Source of the DNA: Microbotryum violaceum
Lineage: Eukaryota
Length of the DNA: 64,000 bases
Direction of reading: 5' to 3'
Assembly: GCA_001244265.2 (NCBI GenBank)
Contig: CDLV01000019.1
Span: 372,001 to 436,000, forward strand
Shown: positions 49,057 through 60,100 of the stretch, piece by piece
Numbering within the stretch: position 1 is the first letter of the stretch
Layout of the letters: every line of letters begins with the position of its first letter
Translations under genes and position numbers: made by a program
Notes under the pieces: model-generated
What the model saw: only the letters and a program-made list of their open reading frames with translations
Databases searched by the model: none
Told to the model about the DNA's origin: nothing

Positions 49057-51518
49057 ATGGCTTCCCCGGAAGGCTCACAACATAGACGAGGACGTCGATC
49101 GCAGTCTCGTCCTCGTCGTCAGGCGATCACTATCGCCGCCCTGGCGCCTCTGCTGCTCTCGTCTTGGTTCCTTTCGACCCATGCCTCACCAACACCAGCG
49201 CCCTCAACACCATTCACGTCCGAACCGATGCCTTTGGAGGGCCCCGTAGTCAAACTGCATGGCCGCTTCCTGCATCTGACCGACATGCATCCGGACCCGT
49301 TCTACTTGTTCAACTCGTCCGAAGCTACGAGCTGTCACACTCATGCACTCTCCAAGGGAAGCAGAGCTGGATACTGGGGAACGAGTGTTAGGTAAGCTAA
49401 CCTTCGATCCTCGTACTTGACGAGTATGTGATGGCGACTATAGCGGCTCCGCAAAGCTGGCTGAGTGACGAAGTGGGGGGTTCTCTAACGCCGAGCGGAG
49501 CGGCTGCAAATTGACGCACCATGACCGCACTGACTGGTGATTAAGAACCTTTCAGTGACTGCGATGCCCCCTTGACTTTGCTCAACTCGACCTTTGATTG
49601 GCTCGAACAACATTTCAAGGGCAAGGTCGACTTTGTTGTATGGACCGGGGATAATGCACGCCATGGTTCGTAAATATAGCCCCCACAAGATACGAGAGAC
49701 GAAATTCTGAATTAATGCTCTGTTCAAATTGTCATTTAATCAGACATCGATACTCGATTCCCTAGGTCTATGCCCGAGATTTACGAATTGAATCGATATA
49801 TTAGTTCGCGGATGCGTCAAACTTTTGGCAACAAAGTGCCGATTGTAACAAGCTTTGGCAACAACGGTCAATCACTCTCCAGGCCTCTCTTCTTCACCTT
49901 CGCAGAGCTGACCCCTTGCGACCCATCCGTAGACATCTTTCCGCACAACATCATGTTCGGCGGCCCCAGCGCCATAACGAGCGAGTTCCTCAAGTTGTGG
50001 AAGCACTACATCCCCGAAGAGCATCTGCACACCTTTGCTCGAGGCGGCTACTACTCGGTCGAGGCGATCCCGAACCAACTCGTGCTCGTCTCGCTCAACA
50101 CGCTCTACTTTTACGAGAACAATAAAGGCGTCGACGGCTGTCCTTCGTTCTCGCTCAGGTCTTCCTCATCGTCTTCTTTCAAGCGAAAGAAGGATGATGA
50201 TCCGGGGACAGAGGAACTGTTGTGGCTGGAACAGCAACTGTTGCTCGCTAGGATGAGGGGCATGCAGGTTTGGCTGACGGGTCATGTCCCGCCGACGCAA
50301 TCGAATTACTACGAGGGTTGCTATTCGAGGTATGGGGAGTTGATGTTGGCGTATCAGGATACCATCTTGGGGTGGGTGCTTTTATTCACTGCTTCCTCAC
50401 CCTTTGTCAAACACGCGCTCAATTCGCGGACCCGATCTCTCCACAGGGGCCTGTTCGGCCACATGAACGTCGACCACTTTTCCCTAATACAAGCCGACGA
50501 TGTCTTACCGCCCCCACGCAAGTCCAAGCAGCACAAGAAGACGAAGAAGCAAGATCGAGTCTTACACACCACGGGAAGTTCCACGACACTTGTCAACAAT
50601 TTGCTGCAACAGTTTCAGGGCTTGCCGAAGAGAAAGCACCTCAAGGAGAAGGATTATAGCGTCGTTCATATCAATCCGAGCGTCATCCCGACGTATTTAC
50701 CGACTTTTCGGGTTTGGGAGTTCAACACGACAGTTGGGGAGGGCAGTTTCCGGCCGACAGAATGGGCTACAGATGGTGTTAATGAATTCAGCAGCCGGAC
50801 GGACGAGGACGAGGACGTCGAGGACAAAGACGAGGACGAAGACGAATTGACGTGGGAAGGAGAGGAACGGGACGCCGTCCCGACGATTCCGCGGCTACTC
50901 GAAGTCGTCGCGTCACAGCTCAGAATCGGGTACAAGTTCTTCCGACGGTCGATGTCATCCGACGCCTCCCTTCCCGACATGGATATCACCAGGAAGAAGA
51001 AGACGAAGCACCGCAAACAACAACCCCGGCGACGCCTGCCGCGGTACTCGTCTCCCAACGCCCCAGGTCGATCGAACCGATTCCTCACTCCTCTCGGTTT
51101 CACTCAATACTACCTCGAACTGGATAAGGCGAACGAGTTTGAAGGATTTGGGTCCGAGGCGGCTTGGCAGAAGGGGGGGGATCGACCGCGGCCGGTGTGG
51201 AATGTCGAATACGTCACGATGCCGGCCGAGACCGTAGCGAGACGGTTGATGGAAAAGGGAGGAGACAGCGAAGAGACGGGTTTGGACCCCTTCGTCAGTT
51301 CGGCCGTTTGGCCAGCCGAGGTCTTGAACGCCACCCAGTCTGGCGGAAGCGTCGAGGATGTCGTCCAGATGCTTCGACAGTTGGATTTGACCCCTTACGA
51401 GCTGGACGACCTGACCCTTGGCTCTTGGCTCGGTCTGGCTCGTCGGATCGCCAAAGGGGGCAAGGCGTGGAAGAACTTTAGCAAGCGTATGTTTGTCAGT
51501 TCGGGAGCGGAGCCGTAG
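49057..51518 (+). CDS. PPN1: Endopolyphosphatase Ppn1 (calcineurin-like metallophosphoesterase)
   Basis: N-terminal hydrophobic anchor; [77 protein letters not shown]. Confidence 0.93.
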
Positions 51519-52310
51519 TAGCATTGTTGTCAAGCTCGTTCTTGTTGTAGCCTATTGTTGTATGTATATTTTAATTTATCGTGGGCTGAAGGACGCTCGA
51601 TCCTCCCCGGACCCGCCATTGAAAGTGTTCGTCATGACGCCGGAACAGCCAGGAATATTTGTCAGAAAAGGGGCAGCCGAGGGAAATCGGCCCATGTAAT
51701 GCTGCTTGAACTACTGCTTGAGTATCCACCAACTCCAAGCATGTTACCGGAGGTTTGAGGTTATGGGAGTCTTGACTGGGCGACACTCGGAGCAAGTTGG
51801 GCCGAGAAAGTGGAGCAAAATCACGTGATATGCTTCGCAAATGTGCATCTCGACTTGGCACAGCGACACGTCAAACGTCGCACCCAACTGGGCTTCCTCT
51901 CAATCTGGGTCCCGGATTCGTCGCCTCGTCACACCCGCAACATTGAATTTGTGAGTTATACTACTGAATGAGAAGGTAAAGAATCTCCTCAAATGTGCTC
52001 TTACCTGTTAATAAAGTATATAGTGGACTGTTCATCGTTCTCCCCTTTTAATAGACTGAAAAAGGGGAGGCAATATGTTAAACAAATAATCCTTCTTTTA
52101 ACATTGTGGGTTATGATTAATTAATTTCATTATGAGATAAAGTATTGACTATTCTTAATACCGTTTACAAATAAATTTGTAATTTTTCGTCATTAACTAT
52201 AGTTAATATTACATTAATTCTAGCTAACTTATATATCAGAAGTAAACTTGTCTATCGAAGATAAATTGTCAGCACTAATGCTTAATTCAGAGAACATTAG
52301 GTTATGAACA

Positions 52311-52409
52311 GTATTAGCCGAAACTAATCGTACACCATTTGATTTACCTGAAGCGGAATCTGAATTAGTAGCAGGATTCTTTCCTGAGCATTATTACCAT
52401 TTGTCTTTT
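52311..52409 (+). pseudogene. nad1: Mitochondrial nad1 fragment
   Basis: Translates [27 protein letters not shown], then LPFVF in a shifted frame. This is the conserved ND1 signature. Confidence 0.9.
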
Positions 52410-52458
52410 CTATGTTTTTATTTGGACTGTTCCCTAATATTATTTTGACGGATCTGCA

Positions 52459-52714
52459 CTATTCTGATGACTTTGATTATAGAGATTTAATTAAAGATGA
52501 CTATACTGATGACTTTGATTATAGAGATTTAATTAAAGATGACTATACTGATGATTTAATGCGTGTAGTCGTTGAGGATTCTTTATAATCAATTTCCTAA
52601 CTTTACAGATAAGGAATAGAATACATAAGTTCCCTGCTAACCATAGTAAGGACTTGGGTTATAGAGATTTAATTAATGATGACTATACTGATGACTTTGA
52701 TTATAGAGATTTAA
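52459..52714. repeat. 42-bp repeat (ctatactgatgactttgattatagagatttaattaaagatga), tandem and dispersed copies
   Basis: Copies at 52459-52500, 52501-52542, partial 52543-52554, and again at 52659-52714. Confidence 0.9.
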
Positions 52715-53028
52715 CGTCTCGTAAATAAACACAAGTTAGAACTACAAATACATATGCCTGACCGCCTCATATGTGCCCATTTTTTATTTTTTATTTTTTT
52801 GCTGCCATAGAGGATTGTGATTGTGACATCTTTTAGAATATAAAATGAATAAGTATGAGGCAAATGTAAATAAAAGAATTGTAAAAACTGCCGCAAAAAG
52901 ACCTAAATTAATTAAAGGTGTTTTTAAAAAAGGGCGCTTCTCTACAAGAAAATAAAAAAAAAGGGGCGAGTCGGGACTTTGCTCTCGTTCGAGAACATCG
53001 TTCTGCTCTTTCATCCAAGGTAGTGATC

Positions 53029-54339
53029 ATGTCCTCCTACCTCACGAACTGCTTGATCGTGTCGCTGTCGCCGGAGACGATTCACGAGGCGACCGAATGG
53101 CGCGTGATCCCTTGCCCTCCAAACTCCTCAGCGATCTATGATTCCTACTTCCTCGATAGATTTACCCTCGGCTGGGGTGGGACTACAAGACGACTCCATG
53201 CCACGAATCTGCGTGGGGTCGACGGCACGGCAATCAACTTCGTCGATATTAGCAACGCCCAGATTAACTTGCTCTGCTCGGTCCGCATTGATATGATGAG
53301 CATCGACCTCAGCCAGTCGTTCCTCTCCCATCAGTTTGGTTTTGCAGATAGCCCTGACTCGGACAAGACCATGGTGTGGACACCCGTACTGGATTCGCTC
53401 GTCAATGATGTGCAGTCGCGGCCAGGCTTGTCCCGCTACTTCGTCTTTGTTTCGTTTCATCCTATGCTGGGCTTCAACCCCGCTCTAGATGTGGCAACAC
53501 TTGCACGTGCAACCGTCATGGCTTCCAAGACCCACACTGCACTGACTTTAAAGGAATGGCAAGGGCTGCACAACTCCAAGCATCCTTACGACGTCAAATT
53601 CAGCTTCGGCTCGAGCTCGAACGAGCTCTGGGAGACGGCCGAATTCCTGCAGTCCAAGTCGTCGTACTGGGCCGATCTTTTCTCCTCTGGGTTTTCCGAA
53701 AGCGTCAAAAAACTTGATCTGAATGGACAAGAGCAAGTCACGAGCGATGTCGGGGTCGAAACTACCAAAAATGAGACCAACATCAGCAACTTCAACAAAG
53801 GCGGGTCCAAGTCGGATCAACCCCCTTCCTCGCAGAGCCAATGCACGACTTCGATCCACACCATTTCGATCGAGGATGAAGAGCTGTATCACCCCTATCG
53901 AATCATTTTATGCTGGCTCCGAACGGGTGAGATCAAGTTCCAATCTCTCGTCATCGACTGCCATCCGTCCGACGAAGGACGCGCCGACGCCGAACCCGAG
54001 TCGAAAGCCGCCTCGGATGTGCTCGGCTTCGACCCCGTCTGCCCCAAAGCAATCTACCGCCTAGCCCATTTCCTCGAACTGGAACAACTACAAACTCTGG
54101 CGTTAAGATCGATCGTCTCGCAGATCAAGGTCGAAAATGTCGCGTTGGAGCTGTTCGGCCAGCTCTCGACGGACTTTGACGAGATTCACAAGCGCGAGTT
54201 TGATTTCGCGATTCGGAATTGGGCAGTCGTCAAGAAGACGGCGGGGATGCAGTCGGTGCAGCAGTGGGTCAAAGAGAGAAGATTGCCCAATGCTTTACAG
54301 ACTCTTTTGGATGTGTCGCTTGCGTTGTCGAGCGCCTGA
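53029..54339 (+). CDS. Intronless BTB/POZ-domain protein
   Basis: PYDVKFSF...LWETAEFLQSKSSYWADLFSSGFSES; ILCWLRTGEIKF; CPKAIYRLAHFLELEQLQTLAL; ENVALELF. Confidence 0.8.
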   Translation: MSSYLTNCLIVSLSPETIHEATEWRVIPCPPNSSAIYDSYFLDRFTLGWGGTTRRLHATNLRGVDGTAINFVDISNAQINLLCSVRIDMMSIDLSQSFLSHQFGFADSPDSDKTMVWTPVLDSLVNDVQSRPGLSRYFVFVSFHPMLGFNPALDVATLARATVMASKTHTALTLKEWQGLHNSKHPYDVKFSFGSSSNELWETAEFLQSKSSYWADLFSSGFSESVKKLDLNGQEQVTSDVGVETTKNETNISNFNKGGSKSDQPPSSQSQCTTSIHTISIEDEELYHPYRIILCWLRTGEIKFQSLVIDCHPSDEGRADAEPESKAASDVLGFDPVCPKAIYRLAHFLELEQLQTLALRSIVSQIKVENVALELFGQLSTDFDEIHKREFDFAIRNWAVVKKTAGMQSVQQWVKERRLPNALQTLLDVSLALSSA

Positions 54340-54617
54340 AATCACTTCTTTGGTTCGCGATGGTGATGTATAGGGGCCTGTATCGTGACCGAGCTGGTGC
54401 CGCCGGGCGAGGCTCCTTCCGACCGTTGAGCGCTTGGCATATTTTTAGCCCTCAGTTCGAGAAGTATGAGGAGAAAAATTGACTTGACAATATGTGCCAA
54501 CTGAAGTAACACCCACAAGTACAATCTATGTGCTCATTGACACTATCTATCGTCAATAATGGCCCGCGGAAGCGCACGCGTCCGAAAACTGTCATTCATT
54601 TTGAAAAGCAGGAGCCG

Positions 54618-54623
54618 CACGTG
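54618..54623. promoter_or_regulatory. CACGTG bHLH/Pho4-type box upstream of the Ppx1-like gene
   Basis: gCACGTGc about 90 bp before ATG 54709; function inferred. Confidence 0.35.
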
Positions 54624-54708
54624 CCTGAACCCGGGTCTCGCTTTCGCTTTCGCCTTCGCTGATCATTGCTCTCCGTTCAGCCCGCGCACGCCTCCCGGGA
54701 CTGCAAAC

Positions 54709-56758
54709 ATGGTCGGCCCAAGTAGCCTGCTACAGGTTCTGGTCTCGTTGACCTTTCTCCCCGCACTTCTCGCGCTGCCCTCGCCGACTGCAGCGCCACA
54801 ACAACTGGTGCTTGTCCCCGACGAGGCGCGCCAAGCCCCCCCGACGATGCCGATGCCGGGCAAGAACGAGTCGGGCCATGGTCATTTCAGCAAATGGTCA
54901 CGTAAGACCAAGAAGCAGTTCCTCTACGATCTGTCGTATGCACCGGCCAAGGCACAGGATTGGGTCATCGTGATGGGTCCGTCTCTCTTCTTTCGAGTCG
55001 TGGCTCGTGCTTTGTCGTGTTCGGCTCCTTCGGGAGTCCGCGAGTTGACGAATGTGTGCTTTGCGCTGGGGGCTACAGGGAACGAAGCGGGCGATTTGGA
55101 CTCGATGGTCTCGGCTTTGGCCGTGTCGTATACGATGATGCATCTCAAGAAACCTGTCAAGGCTGTTGCACTCCTGCAGACAGAGCAAGGTACGTCACCG
55201 ATCAACGATCAACGCGACGCTGTTTCGCACGTTTGTACGGATCGGACATGACAAAGGTTCAGGTCAGCTGACCTCGAGGCGGAAATCTCTGCTTCTTCGA
55301 TCTGATATCCACTAGACGCGCTTTACCTTCGACCCGAGGTAAGTCAAATACAAGTCGCAGTCTTTCAAGTCTTTCAGTAGACTGATAATTTTGTGATATC
55401 CCTCACAGAACTCGTTGGCCCTTCACAAGGCGCGCATGGCTTCCCATCACCGGGATCTACTCACGATCGACGAATTGCTGATCAAGCCTCAAGACATGTG
55501 GCATCGCATCAAGGGGATCGCACTAGTCGATCATAACGTCCCAACTTCGGTCTGGGGTAACACGACCGTCGTCTCCATCATTGATCATCACACCGATCGC
55601 GGAGTAGCTCCCCACGCCTCGCCACGCATCGTTGAAGTGACGGCCAGTTGCACCTCGCTCGTCGCCAAGTGGATGCTCGACCTGTTCGACTCGGGCAAAG
55701 CGCAGGCCAAGAACGATCATTTGCCCCATGAGCTGATCGAGATCATGTTGAGGACGATCGCGATCGATTCATCGGGGTTGAAGAAGGCTACACCTATTGA
55801 TGAGGAAGCGACATTGGGCCTGTGGGCCAAATCCAAATGGAGCAAGCACCACTTTGAGCCACTCGAACCTTTCGTACGATCTCAGGCCGCCGGAGATGTC
55901 AAGGCAATCGATGAAGAAATCAAGAACCGTATGAAGGCGATCGACGACGAGCTTTCGCAAGCCAAAAAGAACCTCACCGGTCTCGATGTACGAGCCTTGC
56001 TCCGAAGGGACTGGAAGGGAGGAGTCCTCACCACCAAATCGGAGAAATACCCCCACCTCTCCCTCGGATTCGCTTCGGCCCCTGTGTCATTGGCCGAACA
56101 AATCGAACGAACGCCCGAAGGTTTCCCGCAAGAATGGTTCGCGATCGAGCGGGCTTGGACGGCCGAGATTGGTGCCGACGTCTCGGTTTGCTTGACTTCG
56201 TTCAAAGACGAGAAGGGCAAGAAGACGCGCGAGTTGGCGCTTGTCGTGGCGCACGGGTTCGGAAAGAGGTTGCACGAACATGCCGCTGATTCGTTGTTCC
56301 AGGTAAGAGGCTGGACTCGTCAATGAAAACTCTGCTCGAAGGGGTCGTCGGGTTTTTGTTCTGACGCGCGGCTGTTGCCCATATCAGACCCTCAAGAGAT
56401 CCATCGAGAACGCCGGGGTCGAAGATTTGCAAGTATGGGAGCGCCCAGACGGTATGTGCCCCTCGTTGCCCCACTTTTTACGGGTACTTGCTCACGTTTA
56501 ATCACCCCGTTCCACAGGCAAACCCCTATTGCCGCGAAGAGCCGTCTACCGACACCACGACAGCACCGCGTCGAGGAAGATGTGGCGACCAGGTTCGTGT
56601 TGGAAGATCTGCAGCTACAGAGACAGGCTGGCACACTGATTTTTTGCTCTTTCTGGTTACGTGCAGTGATTGAGAAGGCCGCGATGGAATGGACGGGCGA
56701 TGATGTCGATGACGATGACCCGTATCAACGTCGACACAAGCACCACGATCTGCTTTGA
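54709..56758 (+). CDS. DHH/DHHA2-family exopolyphosphatase (Ppx1/prune-like) with N-terminal signal peptide
   Basis: VM-GNEAGDLDS, LRPE-N, LVDHN, IIDHH, ASCTSLV, IAIDS, LLRRDWK; N-terminus MVGPSSLLQVLVSLTFLPALLALP. Confidence 0.88.
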
Positions 56759-57141
56759 GGGTCTCCGAGAGGAGACCCCTCGGCGTCGGACCCCTGCTTT
56801 TCTTTTCTTCCAATCTCTTTCGTTGCATCACGTCATGCTCTTTGCTCCAAACTCTACCATCATCCGTCTATGTTTCCCGTACAACTCTCTTGCTTCCTTG
56901 TTGCAACACCGCATTCTGTATCCGCTTCGGGAGATCGTACTCAGGCTGGGTCAGTATGGCTCTCCAAGTGATAGCCAAAGTAGGTAAATATGAGATCTTC
57001 ATCGTGTGTCCATTTTGTTGCAGTACAGAAAGAAAAGAGAAGACGATCAGAAAAGATTTGATAGATCAAAGAACGAAACCGAGAATAGAAGAAAGGGTAG
57101 ACTAAGAGGAGTGCAAAAGGCGATCTAAAGACGTCAGAAAT

Positions 57142-60100
57142 CTAGTTCGCCGGCGTGGTCGCGTTGTTCTGACCCGTTAAAGAGGTCAAGAAATAGTGGA
57201 AGTCGATCGGGGAGTTGTTTAAGCCATAAGTGTAGATGAACCTCGAGGCCAAGAAACTGGAAAAGATTGAGTGCGCGTAGGTAGGGGGTAATCGAGCGGT
57301 GAGGGGTTCGAGACCGACTTGATCGACGAGAACCTTGGGTAAAGCTCGAGCCATGACGGCTTGACGGAGGTGCGCGTCATCGTAGAGGGAGGATTCTTCG
57401 AGCTCATTCTGCAACTTGATGAGCGATTGCGAGAGTTGATCTGAGAGGAGCGTGTAGGGCGTTCCGGTGCGTTCATGTTCGGCCCAGATGGTGTTGAATT
57501 CCGCGGTGGCGTTCGCCGAGATGGTTTGTTGGATCGAGCGCGTGTAGTTGAGGTAGAAGTCGCTGAAGCCGGAGCCGTTGGGCGATGTCATCAAGTCGAT
57601 GAAGGAGGCGTCGTCGAGTGACATGCCCGCCAAGACTTCGAGCGAAGACGAGGTGACACCACCCTTGTTCGCCGACGAATCACGGAACAAGATGACACCC
57701 TTCTTCTCGAGTTGCAAGCGTGCTGATTGGGTGACGAACAGGTTCGCACCTTCGACGAGGTACTTAAAATTGGGCACACCTTCGGAATCCCACAGCTTGG
57801 ACACGTTATTGACGTTGACGGACTCGGGTCGACCACCGCAGGGAACGAGGATGTCGGCCTTGTAGCGCAGGTGAGCACCGTTTCGGAAGTCCGTGCCATC
57901 GGCCACGACCTCGCCAGAGGGCAGGGTGATGTCCCGGTCGTCGACGAGGATGCGGTAACCGTCTTTGCTGAGCTTAGACACGTCAAAGTTGGAGATCATT
58001 TGACGCGCACGGGCGAGGCGGATCAACTCGGCGCGGTCGAGACCCTGAGGGTCATGGATTGTACCACTGCCGTCGATGATGGTGATCGTCTTGTCCTTGC
58101 TGAGCAAGATCTCGTCTGGTAAAGGTAAGATAAGCGGAATGGCAGGTCAGCATACGCTCGATGGAGAACACACCGCACGAAAGTTCACAACTCACTCGAT
58201 CCGAGATCACCATCGGGCCCACCAGTCTGGACCTTGGTGACTTCCTCCTCCTTGAGGCCAAGTTTTCTATAGATGCCGGTTGTGTACGCCCTTACGGAGA
58301 GCGAGGTCATACCGAACGCATCGTGTGGAATACCACCAAGCGTCGCTGCCGTCTTTCCAGTCGAAAACGATTTCCACCAAGGCGCTCCACGTTGTCGAGC
58401 ATGGTTCGCGGTCCAGTCCATCATATCGGCCGTGCCTTCATCAGGACCGAAGAAGAGGATCTCGGGCTTCTTGTACAAATCGACGACGGTCTCCTTGATA
58501 CCGGGGGATTGACCAGGCAAGAGCAAGTCGATGATGGCGTCGACGTATTTCTCGAAGCACGCTCGAGGATTTGCCCCAATGTCGGGCAAGATCGTTCCCT
58601 TGGATCCACCTTCGGGGATATCCTTGTTCTTGAGCGCTTGCGTCGTCGCGAGACCGTAGTTCTCGTCGAAGAGGTTGCGCTGGTTGATCGAGTAGGCTTC
58701 TCGGTTGCGCGACATGACGAGACGAATACCACCTCGGGCGACGTCCTTCATGCGCAAGTGGAATCCACGGAAACCGTCACCGACGACAAGGAAGAGACCG
58801 TAGGCCGGGGTAGGGTATTCCGAAGCAGGCAAGAAGCTAGGGTCGAGTCGGAACGAGATGGCGACCTTGGTCGGCGTGAAGAAGTTGGTCTTAAGGATCG
58901 CGTTGTTGAAAGTAACGAACGACTCGAGGATCTGCGCGTCATGTTTGTTGAGCACGTTCTTCTTGATATGGACGAGGAGCTCGTCGCTGGTCAAGACGGT
59001 GCCGGTCTTCAATCGGGCGTACGAAAGCGTGGGCATGACCTGGTTCGGGGTGTGCACGCTGTAGTAGTGCGTCATCGCGAACGAGATGTAGAGCAAACGA
59101 ATGATCTCGGGGTAGGCTTGCAGGGTCTCGAGGATCGATGCTCGTGTGAAGGTTTCTTGACGGAAGCGGGCTCGAATGTCGGACAAGACTGCGGCTTGGG
59201 CCGAATCGTTCTCGTCGAGCAGGTCCTTGAGCGCGGCGTATGAGGGCCCGAGGCGGTTGAGGAAGTGCTGCGCAAAGATCCAGCCAGAGTAGGCGTAGGC
59301 GGCCTCTTGGACCGCGAGCTTCGAGTGGGCCTCAAATAGGGGGTTGTTGGGGAGTACATCTGCCAACGTACATCGCCACGATCAGCACGGGGAGAGCCCT
59401 GAGCAATCAAGGTGTGATGGACGCTCACAGATGAGCGAAGCCTCCTTTGTGATTTGCAAGATACTGGCCTCGACGGGAGGACCGGAGAGAGGGCTCAGGT
59501 AGAGCGAGATGATGGTGACACCGTTAGAGAAGCTCTCTATAGTACGGGATCAAGGGACCAAGAATCAGTTTCTTCAGACGAAGTCTCTGGATCGCCAATC
59601 TCGCACCTACCGACGTATTTGCGCGTGGAGTAAAAGTTGTACGAATGGTATAAGTCGGACAGGGCCGAGAAGAAGGATCGGGTTCCTCCCATCTTGTAGG
59701 CAATCACGATACGGCGCTCGCGAGAGGCCTCGACTTCGTAAGCGGCCACCACGGGTCCCATTCTGTCATTGAAAAGAGTCGACGTCAGTTCCACGCATTG
59801 AACGATAAAGGGTCGAAGAAGTTACTAACCTCCTAAGAGCCTCGTCCATCGCCTGTTGGTAGATCTCGAGCGTGTAAGGCGTGGCCTTGTCCAAAAAGCT
59901 CTTGTCGGATACGCGCTTGATGTCAAGCTTGCTCTTGGCCTCTTCCTCGGTCGGGATCGGTTCGGCGAACTCGCATTTGGACATGAAGTAGCAACGCAAT
60001 TGTTGGGCGACGGTCGCGGTTGAAGAGACGTTCCCCGCGGCGCGGTAGGATTCGAGACGCCATGCGGACGAGGCGGTGGACTTGTCGAGGTAGTCTCGGT

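Larger units (their letters stand above)
51940..52968. other. AT-rich mosaic mitochondrial DNA insertion (NUMT)
   Basis: Abrupt composition shift to AT-rich sequence; contains a nad1 fragment, group I intron-like core motifs, a GC-stem hairpin and 42-bp repeats. Edges approximate. Confidence 0.85.

Noticed and set aside
52459-52714. 42-bp repeats as a CRISPR array
   Set aside because: Copies are directly tandem without regular unique spacers, the context is eukaryotic, and there are no cas genes.
52918-53028. N-terminal extension of the BTB ORF
   Set aside because: Begins at GTG inside the NUMT with poly-A-derived lysines; ATG 53029 is the plausible start.
58161-59243. 360-aa plus-strand ORF
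   Set aside because: Antisense shadow of GDH2 caused by codon bias; the same applies to long ORFs opposite PHB2, ARP2, SNU114 and GLO3.
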